DNA of 64,000 nucleotides from Macrostomum lignano. Taxonomy: Eukaryota. Shown piece by piece: positions 23,036 to 35,080 of this stretch (position 1 is the stretch's first letter; every line of letters starts with the position of its first letter). The translations under genes were made by a program, and so were the position numbers. The stretch is taken from positions 1 through 64,000 of the forward strand of contig NIVC01001416.1 of the NCBI GenBank assembly GCA_002269645.1, given 5' to 3'. The notes under the pieces were generated by a model. It was not told where the DNA came from, did not search any database, and saw only the letters and a program-made list of their open reading frames with translations.

Positions 23036-24091
23036 TTTTGTTGATATGGCGGTTACTTTATTGTAAATACATTGTAATTATATCACTGGTTCCTATTCTT
23101 TAAATTAAATACTCGACATTGCCTCGCTTTACTATTTAATCTAACCGTTAATGCCTGATAGCAGAAAAGACTTGAAAAAGCCATAGAACAATACTTTTAA
23201 GCGAGCCTCTCAGATTTTTTGCTATGAATTCGCTCGAATTTCGCATCCCGAGGGTTTTAGTTGTCCCTGGTCAGCAGTGTACAAAAGTATACTTACACTA
23301 CACTACACTACACTACACTACAAAGCATAGCTGCTGTAAAACTACAGCACAATACTACAGGAATTGTTCGCAGTAGGGCGACGAAGAATGACTCACACAA
23401 AACAAAAGTATCTTGAAGTATTCTACACGTTGTGACACACCTATTGGACAAAACTTATCGATTCATACATACTTGTGAAGAGTCAGAATCAATATCTGAA
23501 AATCGACCTTCAAATTTTTTCTGCTAATCGTAGAAATACTGCTAATCCTTGTTTTGTACGAGGGTTTGCTTATCCACTTAAATTTTGGATGCGATAATAA
23601 TAAAAAATACAATGTAGCATCTTTATTTGAGGAATAAAAGCATGTTTAACTCTATACCAACACATTGTTTGTTTTTTTCACAAAAAAATGTTTGAGCACA
23701 TTTTAATTGGCGGTTCTTTAAAATTATAAAGGACCGGTAACGGAACAAGTGCCGGAAGTTCTTTTTCTTGGAACCGGAATTTACTTCACAGATTAAGAAT
23801 TGTTTAACCAAACTACAGTGTACGAGCGTATACTCGTATAGCCAATTCTTCGTGATAGTCTCTATATATTTAAAAGCAAAAAAGGTATTCTATTCTAGTG
23901 TTCTATAACTAGTCGAGTCACTGTTTAGAGTCGAAGGTATGAGCTGAAAAGTTACGGCAGCTTACACTTAGTGCAGCACGTTTTTTCACCAATCTCTCAA
24001 ATACGAGATACCAGATAGATAATTCAATAGTTCAGGATAAAAAATAGTAACCGTATTAAAAAATAGCGTTTTCTGGTTGTTAAACATATTT

Positions 24092-24410
24092 CAGTCGCGA
24101 GTTGGGCAAACTTTTTTACCACAAGGGCCAGATAAAGAATCCAGCTCCGGGCTGATTAAAAGCAGATTAAAAGAGAAAAGAGGAGAGATGGGAGGAAGGA
24201 TAGAGAGGGAGGATGGGGAGAGAGGAGAGGGGAGAGAGGAGAAGAGAGAGGGGATAGAGGGGAGGAGAGAGAAGAGAGAGGAGAGCTGAGAAGAGAAACA
24301 AGCCTTGAGCGGGCCGGATTGCTATTGTGAAGTTTCAAATTAACCGACTGCCGGATAGAGAGGCTTCGGGGGCCGCATGTGGCCCGTGGGCCGGAGTCTG
24401 GTGACCCCTG
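24092..24410 (-). mobile_element. hAT-Charlie (MER58-like) MITE with internal GA-rich tract; also at 39604-39922 and ~50999-51306
   Basis: Reverse complement reads caggggtcaccagactccggcccacgggccacatgcggccc ... tatctggcccttgtggtaaaaaagtttgcccaac, the MER58-type end signature. Confidence 0.7.
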
Positions 24411-24555
24411 TCTTAAAATAATAATTATGGCGCGATCTATCATAGACTGGGAAAAGTAATTCTACTGCAGATGTCAGAGTTTCAAATTTTCAGTTTAGAT
24501 TTTGCAGTTTATATACGCGATTTTGCGACTAAAATGTAATGTGGCTTTACGAAAG

Positions 24556-26029
24556 CTACCAGAAACCGTACGAATAATAACACCTGTAGTCAGTGACAGC
24601 GGCCGTATTGTAATCTTCATCATCTTCGCATCTGCATGTCTTGAATTTGGCTCTCTTGGAATTGCAATGCCGCCAAGACTGCCAGCTGCTCCAGTCACTC
24701 CAGCGGCACGAGGGACCGGCTTGTCTTTGCCACCATTCTCGTGAACAGCTGTTTGACGAGCTCCTGATGCAGTCGTTGTAGGTGCGAGTCCTACTTCGCA
24801 AAATTTTATAGTTATATTTGCAGTCCTTGTACCAGTTGCCCCAGTTGCCCCACTCACACCAGGCAGTGAAGGCAGTGTCCGACTCGCTGCTTACCTCCGG
24901 GCCAGCCGACGCGCCGATTGGAGTGGAGCAGCCGCATTTGCGGACTCTCCTTCGAGTGAACTGCCGGTTGCATCCGGGATCGTAGTTGTTCGCGTAGTAC
25001 GAAGACTTCCTATAGCCTTTGTCACTCGTCCACTCGTTCCAGCCTTGCCAGTTGCACCAGTTCCAAGTCTTCGGGGAATAAGGACAATTAACAATATTTG
25101 CTATACTACTGAAAGTAGCCCTGTTTTTAAATAAAAATTAAATCCAGCAACACCTTAAAGCTTACATGGGTGATGTTATCAACCGCGGCCGTCTCGATGG
25201 TCTCAGGCGGCCTGTCAATCGGACAGCGGCAGCTCCTGGACCGGTGCCTGCTGTTCCAGTTTCCGCAGACCAGGCTGCCTTCGGACGAGTCGGTGGCCCA
25301 CTCGGACCACTGGCACCAGCTGATGAAGCTGCCCTGCGTCTGGCTTTTGTCCTTCGCACCCTGACACCAGCCGCTCACGGAGGCCCCTTCATCGGTTGGG
25401 CAGGTGCACTGGCGGACGCGGGTTCGATTCACAAGCGCGTTGCAGATGTCGGAATCTCCGGTCGCACCAGAGGCGGTGGCCCAGTTGGTCCAGGACTGCC
25501 AGGTGCAGATGTCTGAGCAGGAGAAGTCGGTGTGCTTTCATGAATCAAAGTATCCAGGAAACTGCTCGATTAAAGACCCACTCACCGTGGTACAGAGTGA
25601 CAGAAGACCCACTCACCGTGGTACAGAGTGACAGAAGACCCACTCACCGTGGTACAGAGTGACAGAAGATCCACTCACCGTGGTACAGAGTGACAGAGGA
25701 CCCACTCACCGTGGTACAGAGTGACAGAAGACCCACTCACCGTGGTACAGAGTGACAGAAGACCCACTCACCATGGTACAGAGTGACAGAAGACCCACTC
25801 ACCGTGGTACAGAGTGACAGAATGAGTGATAGCTGGCGTTCATCCCCACCGGACCCACCAGCTTGATGGAGCCAGGACTCAGCGCCACGGCTGAGACCGC
25901 GGACTCGTTGGGACCGCCGATTCCCGACGGCAGACGATCAGACGCGTTGAAGTTGAACTCCCTGACTGTGGAAGCGTCGGTCAGCCGTGCCGCAGTCAGG
26001 AGTAGTAAGGTCGCCACCGAGAGGCCCAT
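24556..26029 (-). pseudogene. PAN + TSR secreted protein, copy 1; ~171 nt of exon 1 (PAN cysteine core) deleted, giving a frameshift and early stop
   Basis: ATG at 26029; the sequence jumps from MNAS into the 31-bp repeat (SYHSFCHSVPR*); exons 25512-25166 and 25068-24556 remain open. Confidence 0.85.
25575..25820 (-). repeat. 31-bp splice-donor minisatellite, ~8 units (copy 1)
   Basis: acccactcaccgtggtacagagtgacagaag; the minus strand contains cacg|gtgagt. Confidence 0.95.
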
Positions 26030-26163
26030 CAGGCTGTGCTTGCTGAAGTTGCCGATTGCTGTGTTGCTGAGTGACAAAACTTTTCTCTTCTGCTTCTGGC
26101 CCGTCTCCCGCCCCGGGCTCAGCTGTTTTATGCACCGGCTTGATGCGTCTCTTTGTTTTGTTG

Positions 26164-26177
26164 GTTGCCATGGAAAC
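26164..26177. promoter_or_regulatory. Candidate RFX X-box upstream of PAN-TSR copy 1 (also at 43113-43126 for copy 2)
   Basis: GTTGCCATGGAAAC matches the 14-bp X-box consensus GTYNCYATRGNAAC and lies ~135 bp upstream of the ATG. Confidence 0.55.
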
Positions 26178-26578
26178 AGCGCTTTTGGGCGATTCCGTGG
26201 GCGGCTACGGAGGTGGGAGAAGCTAAATAAAAATTGCACAGGAATTCAGACGCTGTCAATGCGGAATGACTCTGAGAAGCCAGCATCCGTTATTTTCTGA
26301 TCGCAAATAGGGAAAAAATCCGCGAATCCATTCCAGACCATGTTTCCCATCAGGCATTCGACAAAATTTAGTCAGTTTTACCTGTTGCAGATCCGGGTTG
26401 CTGAAAAAACAGTACAGAATAAATTAGCACTCACCAAATAACGATTTATCCTGTCATCCCAGCTGGATCGCGTGTAAGCCTAGGTTCGGGAAAAATGTTC
26501 TAAAGATTCGTGCAGGTATTGTTACATGTGCATGCGGATTGAAACAAAAAATATGAGTATAAAAAACTAAATAACTTT

Positions 26579-26800
26579 TAGAGCGTCCGACTCACGACTT
26601 GAAGGTCGGAGGCTCGATTCCCGACTTTACTGGAACAATATGTGTCCTTGAGCAAGAGACAATTAACTCTGCATTGCTTCAGTTCACCCAGGTGTAAAAT
26701 GGGGGCTAGCATTAGCTGAGGTAATTGAGGGTGTGTGGCGAACCCCCAGTCCTTGGACTGAACAGCCGTACGCAGCCTTCAGCGGCGACGCCCCTGAAAC
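26579..26800 (+). mobile_element. tRNA-derived CORE-type SINE (5'-truncated)
   Basis: tRNA-like head agagcgtccgactcacgacttgaaggtcggaggctcgattccc followed by tgtgtccttgagcaagagacaattaactctgcattgcttcagttcacccaggtgtaaaatggg, resembling the MIR CORE domain. Confidence 0.75.
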
Positions 26801-27325
26801 CCTTTGAGCGCTGTGCAAAAAAGTACAAATTCTGTAATCTGGGAGTTTCTGCTCTCCCAATATAGTGCTTTTTCAAAGCTTTTCTCGAAGAAATTGAGTG
26901 CACGCTAAAGTCATTGAGGCATTGATGAAAAATTTGAGAATCCAGTGCTTCTTCTGATTCCGCTGTCAATGGTGTCAGAATAAACATTCAAGACCACAAA
27001 GCATACGTATTGTTGGTAATCAAGTCAGCATATCGTTAGAAGATATTGATCAATAGACCAGATCAAATTATGAACTTAAAAATAGCCTGAAATCGACGCC
27101 AAGTTTATATGATATTTGAAAACAAATTAAAGCATTTTTTGTCTTTCTTTCTATTTTTGGCTTGCATAACACACAGTTAGCATACTACTCATAGTAGAGC
27201 GCGTGGACGGTAGCAACGCAGGCAAACTCCCCGGCAGAGACCTGAGCAGTGGCGTAATTGTCAGTCTCCGGGTTGCCGACACTGCGGCTAGCAACCGCGG
27301 CTGACTGACCTCTCTTTGGTCCACA

Positions 27326-29531
27326 TGATGTAACCACGCTCTGGTCGCGGGATAGGGCATGGGAACTTTTTCGAAAGTGCCTCCTATCCCGTGCACCCTC
27401 TGCACAGAGCTGTCGAGACTCGGCCAGGTCTCCGACCGGGCCTGGAGACTCCCGCTCTGCTGCACCCCTCCTGCTGCCTTGGTCCCGTCTCCCCTGCCGC
27501 CACACCTGCCTTTCCGGAGCCCCCTACCCCTTTCTGTACCTCCCCCTCTACCCTATCTCTTCTGTTTTCCGCCCTATTCTTCCTGTACTTTCCCTATCTC
27601 CCCTCTTTTTTGTCTCCCTCTGCACTCTTTTCCTGCGCTGTCCCCTCTTTCCCTGTGTCTACTTACAGTATTTTGTGTGCTCACCGTCTCCCCATCCCCT
27701 CTCAAACTCCCAAACGGTGACGCAAGTCGTGTGACCCCCTCTCCCCCTCGGTGACTCATCGATGACTCATCCCCCTCTCTTGCGCAACCTTTTCTCACGC
27801 CATTGTTCTCCTCCCCAAATTTCTCATGCGACACCCTCCCCACCTCCGCTTCTATTGTTCTCGTTTTTGCTTCTTTTGTTCTCTCGACCCCCACCAATTA
27901 TCACATTTTCTCCGATTTTCTCTTTCTTTTGTTCTCGTTTTCGCACCTAATTATCACCTTTTCCCCAATGTTTACTTTTCCATTGTTCTCAGTTCTCCCC
28001 AATTATCCCCGTTTTCCAATTCCTTTGTTCTCGACCCCAGCCCTATTGTTCTCAATGTTTGCTTGCGCAATACTTTCACGACCACCCGCTGCGCCAATTA
28101 TCCCCCCACCCCACCTCCGGATTGCGCAATTTCCCGATTTCTCATGTTGCTATGCCGGTCTCATGCTTCTCATCATGACTCATTCTGACGTCATTCTGCC
28201 GGCAGCCAATCAGAGAGAGGGAGCCATGGTAACGACCTTGAGGAGGCGGCTGTGAGGTCTATAAAAGGAAGCGATTTCGGCATGAGAATCCTCAGACTCT
28301 TCCTCTTCTCGTCCTTCTTTGGACTTGCTGTCAGATTGAGTTCTGACCCATTCGTCTATAAGACGAATCCCTGCCGGTCCGCGGTCTGTTACCGCCAAGT
28401 TATCCTTAGCTCCCCAAGTGAGCTCGCCTATCGGCCAGCGGTCTGATACCGCCCAGCATCATCAGCATCGCCTGATCTACATCAGCGCCTCGTCGCTCCA
28501 GCGCATCGCCGCTTCACTGTCTGCCTGACTGCAGCCTACAGCCGTCCTCGGTCACTCCGCCTCTCTCTCTCTCTGTGCAGCTGCCGGTAAGTTCCTGTTA
28601 CTAATTTGTGCTCTAATTGCCTTTGCTTATCCGGGGTTTGCCTATTTTCCATTGTCTGATTAGAGAGCTGAGCCAATTGTGATACCGTAGCTTTTTGCTG
28701 TATTTTACTCAATAGTGAAGCCGCCTAATTGCCTAATTATTCGCCTAGAGGCCTAATTACTAACTACTAACTAACTTCATCATTATTCAATCTTTCACCA
28801 TCATTTAACTCATGGCTTGCTAAGCCTTTCTCCCGGGGTGGCAAAGCATAAGGAAGTTTGGGTAAGCTAATGGCCTCTCCCCGTGCAAAGCCCGCCTGTG
28901 TGAGTGCGTGCGGCGGGTTCGTGAGTGCGTGCAGTGGAGGGTGATTAGCGAGTTTTGGCACAGAATGGCAGTAGGAAGGTTGCAACCCCATGCTAACGCG
29001 TCCCTTCGCCCTGAGCAATCTAAACTAGAGACAGTACATGTTCGCCTCATACTACTCTTAGTAATCAAAGTCGCAAGTCAGCCTCGCTCACAGCCACAAA
29101 GGATCCCCTGCTGAGAAATCCTCCAGGATTGAGCCCAGAGTTCCCGATCATGCCCCAAGCAGAGTCCCTGTACTCGGCTGCATGCGTCTCCCCTGTTAGC
29201 CTAAACCCCCTGGTAACCAATCCAGGCGGGGCTCTAGCCTCGAGAGGTCTGGTAGAAAGATCCAGGTGCGCCAGGTCACATAGAGTGGTGGCAGCCATAC
29301 CATGACCGAGTGACCAACTATTGCACCTTGGCTACAGGTGGGGTCCATGTGGGTCCTTGGCCCTCTGGTCACGAAGCGCTACCAAAGCTACTAATCATGT
29401 GGGCGGGACAGTCTGGTGCTGGAGGTCCGTCAGGTCATTGCCCGGTCATAGGCAGCCTACGGTCATTGCCCCCTCTAGCCAAGCGTTCGTCTCTCAATAG
29501 GAGCGGACAGGCGACAAGGGTGGTTACATCA
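27326..29531 (+). mobile_element. Solo LTR, 2206 bp, Gypsy-like (4-bp TSD CACA)
   Basis: 12-bp terminal inverted repeat TGATGTAACCAC ... GTGGTTACATCA; caca on both sides; internal TGACTCA x3, TGACGTCA (28186), CCAAT (28206), TATAAAA (28260); no long ORF. Confidence 0.8.
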
Positions 29532-29535
29532 CACA

Positions 29536-30985
29536 CCCGTTCCTGACGGCTTGGCCCGAAATCGGGCCATAGAAATTTTTTTTCTTGCAATGCTCACACC
29601 TTGAAACAGATTTTCTGTTTCAAGCAAATATACATGGGTTCTGTCGCCAGTTTCGACTCTGATACTTCGTCGAGTCTGTATTCCACCGCTGATGAAACTT
29701 TCGAATGGTCTGAGGACGATGAGATGAACATCGCTGAGAACAACGAGCAAGCCGGTGGGTGGTACATGGTTCCACCGACTGAGAACAACAGGCCATCAGC
29801 CCTACCTGATTTTCTCGGAACACCTGGCATCCGACCAGACTGGCAGCCTCCACAAACTGCTGATGGAAACGAAGATGCTTTCCTAAAGCTATTTCTTTCC
29901 AGACCAGTTGTTCGAAGACCTCAGCAATTGGACAAACAGAGGCTGCACTGCCGAAGCAAGTGTTGAAATGGCGGGACTCAATGACGGATGAAGTTCGTAA
30001 GTTAGTGGGAATCGTGCTTTTGATGGGTGTCGACAAGAAGCCGGAAATCGCCAACTAGCTCGTACTGGTCAACCGATCCAGCGTTTCATTGCCCCCTTCT
30101 GGCCAAGCCATTCTCGCTCTCAAGAGACCGCTTCAAGCAGCTGCTGTCCTGCCTGTGTTTTTACAACTGCGCTGAAGCTTTAGGAGACGGCCCTCTGGCA
30201 AAGATGGAGCCCTTTCTGCACAGCGTAAAGCATCTGTGCAGCAACAATTACATGCCACGGCAGCGACTGTCGGTTGACGGGGCGGCAGGGGGTGTTCGTG
30301 TTAGAGATGGCGAGGATTCGCAATCAATCCAGGGACCCGGTCTCTCAGCTCCTAGACCTCAGTCCTAGCACAAACGCCCCTCGAAATAAAATAATATACT
30401 TTTTGCATTATCGTGGATAGAAATTACATTATTCCGTACTTAATTTGGAGTTATAATAAATTTATATGCTTTTTGTTTTTAGATTACCTGTTTCTTTCTA
30501 GTTTTCTAAAAGCTTTCTAAAATCAACTCCACAGAAAATGACGTGACAGCGTGACAATTGTGACAGCTTCCCTCCAGTTTCAACCAGTAAAGAAATGACC
30601 CCACTTCACTATGTTCTAGTATGACTTAAGTCGTTAACTTTTAAACAGAAGAAAAATATATGAATATTTGAAATTACTTTGTTTTGTTACAGTCTATCTT
30701 TTCTAAGTGCGTTTTCACTATCGCTTTTGACGCTCTAGATAAGACTTTAGACATTCAAAATAAGACTGCATAGGATCGCAAGCAAGGCCAGGCTAGCCAC
30801 GGCCAGAGCAAGCCCAGTCTTGGCTGCAGGAATGGCTTGGCCATAGACTAAAAAATGGAATATCAAAATGAGAATAAGACACTCAGACACTGAATGTCTA
30901 AAGTCTTATCTAGAGCGTCAAAAGCGATATCTTTCTTATTGGCCACTACTTGACCCGGTTTCGGGCCACATAAGTCCAGAACGGG
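29536..30985 (+). mobile_element. Internally deleted piggyBac-like element (5' part of the transposase retained)
   Basis: Ends cccgttc...gaacggg with shared tggcccgaa(a/t)(t/c)cggg subterminal motif; decayed PGBD N-terminus (FLKLFL, EVRKLVGIVLLMG, YWSTDP, LSRDRFKQLLSCLCF, MPRQRLSVD). Confidence 0.8.
30721..30927. mobile_element. ~207-bp MITE, ~36-bp TIR, TA flanks; present in unit 1 only
   Basis: tcgcttttgacgctctagataagactttagacattca ... tgaatgtctaaagtcttatctagagcgtcaaaagcga; absent from the unit 2 site near 44722. Confidence 0.75.
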
Positions 30986-33900
30986 TGTGCCAATTTTGCT
31001 GGTTTTTTGGCCATAGATATAACAAAAATTCCCCGTTGGGTTTGGGTGTTGAGGCATAACCCGAATTCGGGCCATCCGTCTGCTCATGGTTAACAAAGGC
31101 AACGCATCTGAACAATTGAACAATTTTTTCTCAGCAAAAGTCAGCAGAGCGAGGCCCCAGCAGTTTTTTCCGAGGACTAGCGACACGTATGTTAGCATGG
31201 AGCGGAGACTGAGAGAGGTTCAGTTCTCCCTGCAACTTTTCTTGTTGAAGCTTGTGCAGCAACTCATTAGACAAGCTGTGTGTATAGCTAAGCTACAGGA
31301 GCATTTTGGGCCTAGGAGCAGGGCCTCTTTGAATTACCTGCTGAAGCTTATTATTATATACTGAGGAAATTTGTCACGATACTGTGTTAAACAAGAAATC
31401 TTTCTTCGGTTTACCTGAGTTTGTATGCCAGCTACTAAACCTATTAGACTAAATTTTTGGAAGGTTCTATATATTCAAAGTTACCACCCCAGGCCCAGTC
31501 TTAAGAACATAATTCTTGTAGTTATAGTATTCGTATTTTATTATTAGTTGTCACTAGGTGGCACACAATTCAATGCGTTTACAATTCATCGATCGCATTG
31601 ATATTTTAAATGGTACTACATAATGACTGCGCATTGCTGGAACATGCAAGCCTTTTGTTCCACGTAACTATAGTTATTATTATTCCCATTCTAATATATA
31701 CAAGGCAATAGCCACTGCAGCTGCCCTTCCTGGAAACTGTATTACTGTATTAGTCCTAAACGTCAGCTATTTTTCCTGATGTACACCTGGTCTTTAATTC
31801 CTTTCGTCTATGTACACTAATACACTAATGTACACTAATGTACACTAATACACTAATACACTAATGTACACTAATGTACACTAATACACTAATACACTAG
31901 TACACTAGGTACGTCCTCGTACCTACTTACTCTTTCAAAACTTGCAGGACACAACTATACGCGTAGTGTACGTAGTTTACGTACGTGTGACGACTGCATG
32001 GCTTCCTCTGGTCTCTCAAAATGTACATGCCAACAATTCAATTCCTATGGAGAAGTCTAGAAAGCCAGCTGCCAGACCAATAGGGTTAGAATTGGTGACG
32101 CACGCATAGAGAGAACAATTAACATTTTAAAGACTTTTTCACAAGCAGCTCTCCTTATCTGCTTCAACAAAATTTTAAACTACATGCATGCCTGACATCG
32201 GCCCCCCTCTGACGCGAGGTTTAAAAAAGGCTTGTTATAACTGTTGCTTTTCAAATGCAATTGCTTTCCAATCACAATGGACTAAATCTCTAAGGTTTGT
32301 CTACAGCCTGAATGCCTGAACCGATTTTTTTCTAACTTGCTTTATTCAATTGCAAATTCTTGTGAGATTGTGTGGATTTAATTGTATTGAAAAATTCGAA
32401 TGGGAAGATGGCTAAATATTCGAAAAACGAGTTTTCCCAATGCTTTCAATTGGAGGCTAGAAAAGGTCAAAATCTTGACTAACTGAATAGCAATTCCAAT
32501 TAAGATTGCGCCACAACTTTTCTCTCTTCATTGTGTAGTAGGCCTCAGTACTGGATGCAGCAAGGGAGAGGAAAATAATGCTCAGTGGCGGCGTGTGTAC
32601 ATTCTGCTCTGGCTGACTGCATAGACAATTGCTATTTATAGATTTCACTCAATTTTGCATTGGCTCTGCCTGCACAACCTGTGCACACTGAGCAGCCTAT
32701 CACTGCTATGTATTTGACTGCAGTGCCGAAGCATTTATGGCTGATTTTTGCGCCCAGTAGACGGAATAGCCGCAGTGTAGGCACTAGGACTAGGTTTAGG
32801 CTAGGCGTAAGGTCCAAGGTTCGAGTCTGCCTCCTCGGCGGAGGATTAAAATTAAATTAATTTATTCATTTATAGCTTCGGGCTCAACTAATAGGAATAT
32901 TTTTGTTGAATTCGCAACGCACACTTAATGAATAATTTTTGCCATACAAAATTATTCAAATTTACTAAGCAAATTTGATTTGTAAAAAACTGCTTTGAGC
33001 ATTACTCATCGCATCAATGGGTATTGCCTAGCTCCATGAAAGTATCAAATTGCTAAGCTGCTAAATTTATTGTTAAAATGAAGGCTGAATTGTGAAAAAA
33101 CTGCCGATATGTATCGAAAATTGATTAGTGAACCGTAATAAATGCTGAGAAAAAATTAAGATTCTTGAAAGGATCCTTTATTTTTCAGTTTGCTGAGGAT
33201 ACTAAGGAGACGGCCGAGAGGAGAACTGCAGATGCTGAGGGGAACTGCAGATTGGCGAAAAGGTCATTCATGCAGACTGCAAAGGGGACAAACTGAAAAC
33301 TGCTGAGGTAGTTCCTCCAGACTTTTAAGCATATAGCTGAAAACTGCTGAGGGGAGCTGCTTGGAGGATTGGTAGACTTCTGAGCAAGACAACTCTCAGA
33401 GAGGATAGGATAGGAAGACATCAGTTTCAAAACTGTACAGTTTAAGTGATTAAGTGCAGGTTGTTTAGGGGATTACTGTGGACTGCTGAGTGAATTATTA
33501 TGGTTTGCTGACGGGACAGTTCTAGGCTGCTGAGGGGATAAATGCTTAATGTTAATGAAAGTTATAGACTGCAAGGGGATAACTCCAGGCTGCTAAGATA
33601 ATGACTGCAGTCTGTTTTGTGGGATTAGAAGGGATAATTTCAGGTTGTTGTGGGCATATCTCAGGAATTGCTGAGATGTCATGGCTTTTTGGGGCAATTT
33701 CTGAGATTTCAAGGCCCATGGGGAATTGCTGATATGCCATGGCTTACTGGAAGAATTGCTTGAATTGAGGTTTCAAAGGCTTATGGGGGGACTGCTGAGA
33801 TTGCTTTCTTTTGGGGGATGCTTGCTATTTAGGAATGAAGGTATTGCTTAATGCTGATTTGTGCAAAACACTGCCGATATGTATCGAAAATTGATTAGTG

Positions 33901-35080
33901 AACCGTACTACATTGTGAGCAAATTTTTATTGTTGAAAATATCATTGCAGTTTGCTAAGCAGGATACTGAGGAGCCGGCCGACAGAAGAACTGCAGATTG
34001 TCAAAAGGTTCATTGCAGACTGCAAAGGGGACAAACTACAAACTGCTAAGGTAGTTCCTCCAGACATATAGATCATATCGTCTGGAGGATCATATCATAG
34101 ATGTAAAGATGTGAGATGTGCAGACGGAGTTCCTCCAGACCATATTCTTTGCTCTTTTATCTTTGCTCCCGACTTATGAGCGTATAGCTGCAAACTGCTG
34201 AGGAGGTAACTGTGGACTACTGTGACTGCTGAGTAAATTATTGTTTACTGTGGGGACAATCCTAGGCCGCTAGAGTATGACTGAAGCCTGTTTTTTGGGA
34301 TTGGAAGGGATAATTTCAGGTTGTTGTGGAGACATCTCAGGAATTTCTGAGATGTCAAGGCTTATTGGTTGATTTGCTGAGATTTCATGGCTTTTTTGGG
34401 ATAATTTCTGAGATTTCAAGGCTCATGGGAATTGCTCAGATGTCAAGGCTTACTGGGGGACTTGCTGAGATGTCAAGGCTCATGAGGATGGCTGAATTGT
34501 TGAGATATCAAGGCTCATGGGGGATGGCTGAATTGTTGGGGGGAGGGGGTTAGGTTGTTGAGCGATTGTCAGATCGTCAAGTAGGACGGCTCAAGTAGCT
34601 CATTTAATTCAGATAGTAAAAAGTACATACAGGTGATGCTGAATTCTGCTGGTAGGAAATACCAGCGTATTTATTAAAGGTTTGATTCTTTGAGTTAGGC
34701 TAATAAAGAGGGGGTCAAAGGCCGTCAGGGATTGGCATATTGAGCTCCTGCTGCGGACCAGAGTATGCCCAGGCCAATGACGATATGCACTAAGAGTTTG
34801 TGCTTGAAAGGATAAGCACTATTTGCTGATTGAAAAAGGGTTTTGGGCTAATGAAAGAAACTTTTTTGCTGGTGAAAGTTTTGATTCATAGCAATTTATT
34901 TTTTTCAAAATGAGGAAAAGTAATTTTTGATTAATTGAAATGAAAAATAATGGAACGTTACTGTTGGGCCAAAATAAAGACCACCTGGTGTCATTTTAAA
35001 GCCCCCCAGCGGGGGGCTAAATGGCTAGTCAGATATACAAAAAATGAAAACTATATGTATATTTATATATATATATATAT

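Larger units (their letters stand above)
20444..23269 (+). mobile_element. P-element-superfamily DNA transposon, 2826 bp, ~117-bp imperfect TIRs, 8-bp TSD GTCAGCAG
   Basis: cagggacaactaaaaccctcggga ... tcccgagggttttagttgtccctg; perfect TSD at 20436-43 and 23270-77. Confidence 0.93.
19842..23791. mobile_element. hAT-like non-autonomous element with 8-bp TSD ATTAAGAA, hosting the nested P-like element
   Basis: TSD at 19834-41 and 23792-99; begins cagtgttg; subterminal ttccggcactt / aagtgccggaa inverted motifs; empty site in unit 2 (~39410-39420); right terminus degenerate. Confidence 0.7.

Noticed and set aside
22689-23103. Three overlapping hydrophobic ORFs resembling membrane proteins
   Set aside because: All arise from a stop-free 41-bp pyrimidine-rich repeat within the transposon
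26030-26239. N-terminal extension MQFLFSFSH... of the PAN-TSR ORFs (also 42979-43188 and 53518-53625)
   Set aside because: Starts at a non-ATG codon, differs in copy 3, and would bury the signal peptide that starts at MGLSVAT
26579-26625. tRNA-Val gene
   Set aside because: No acceptor stem or A-box, and it continues into a SINE body
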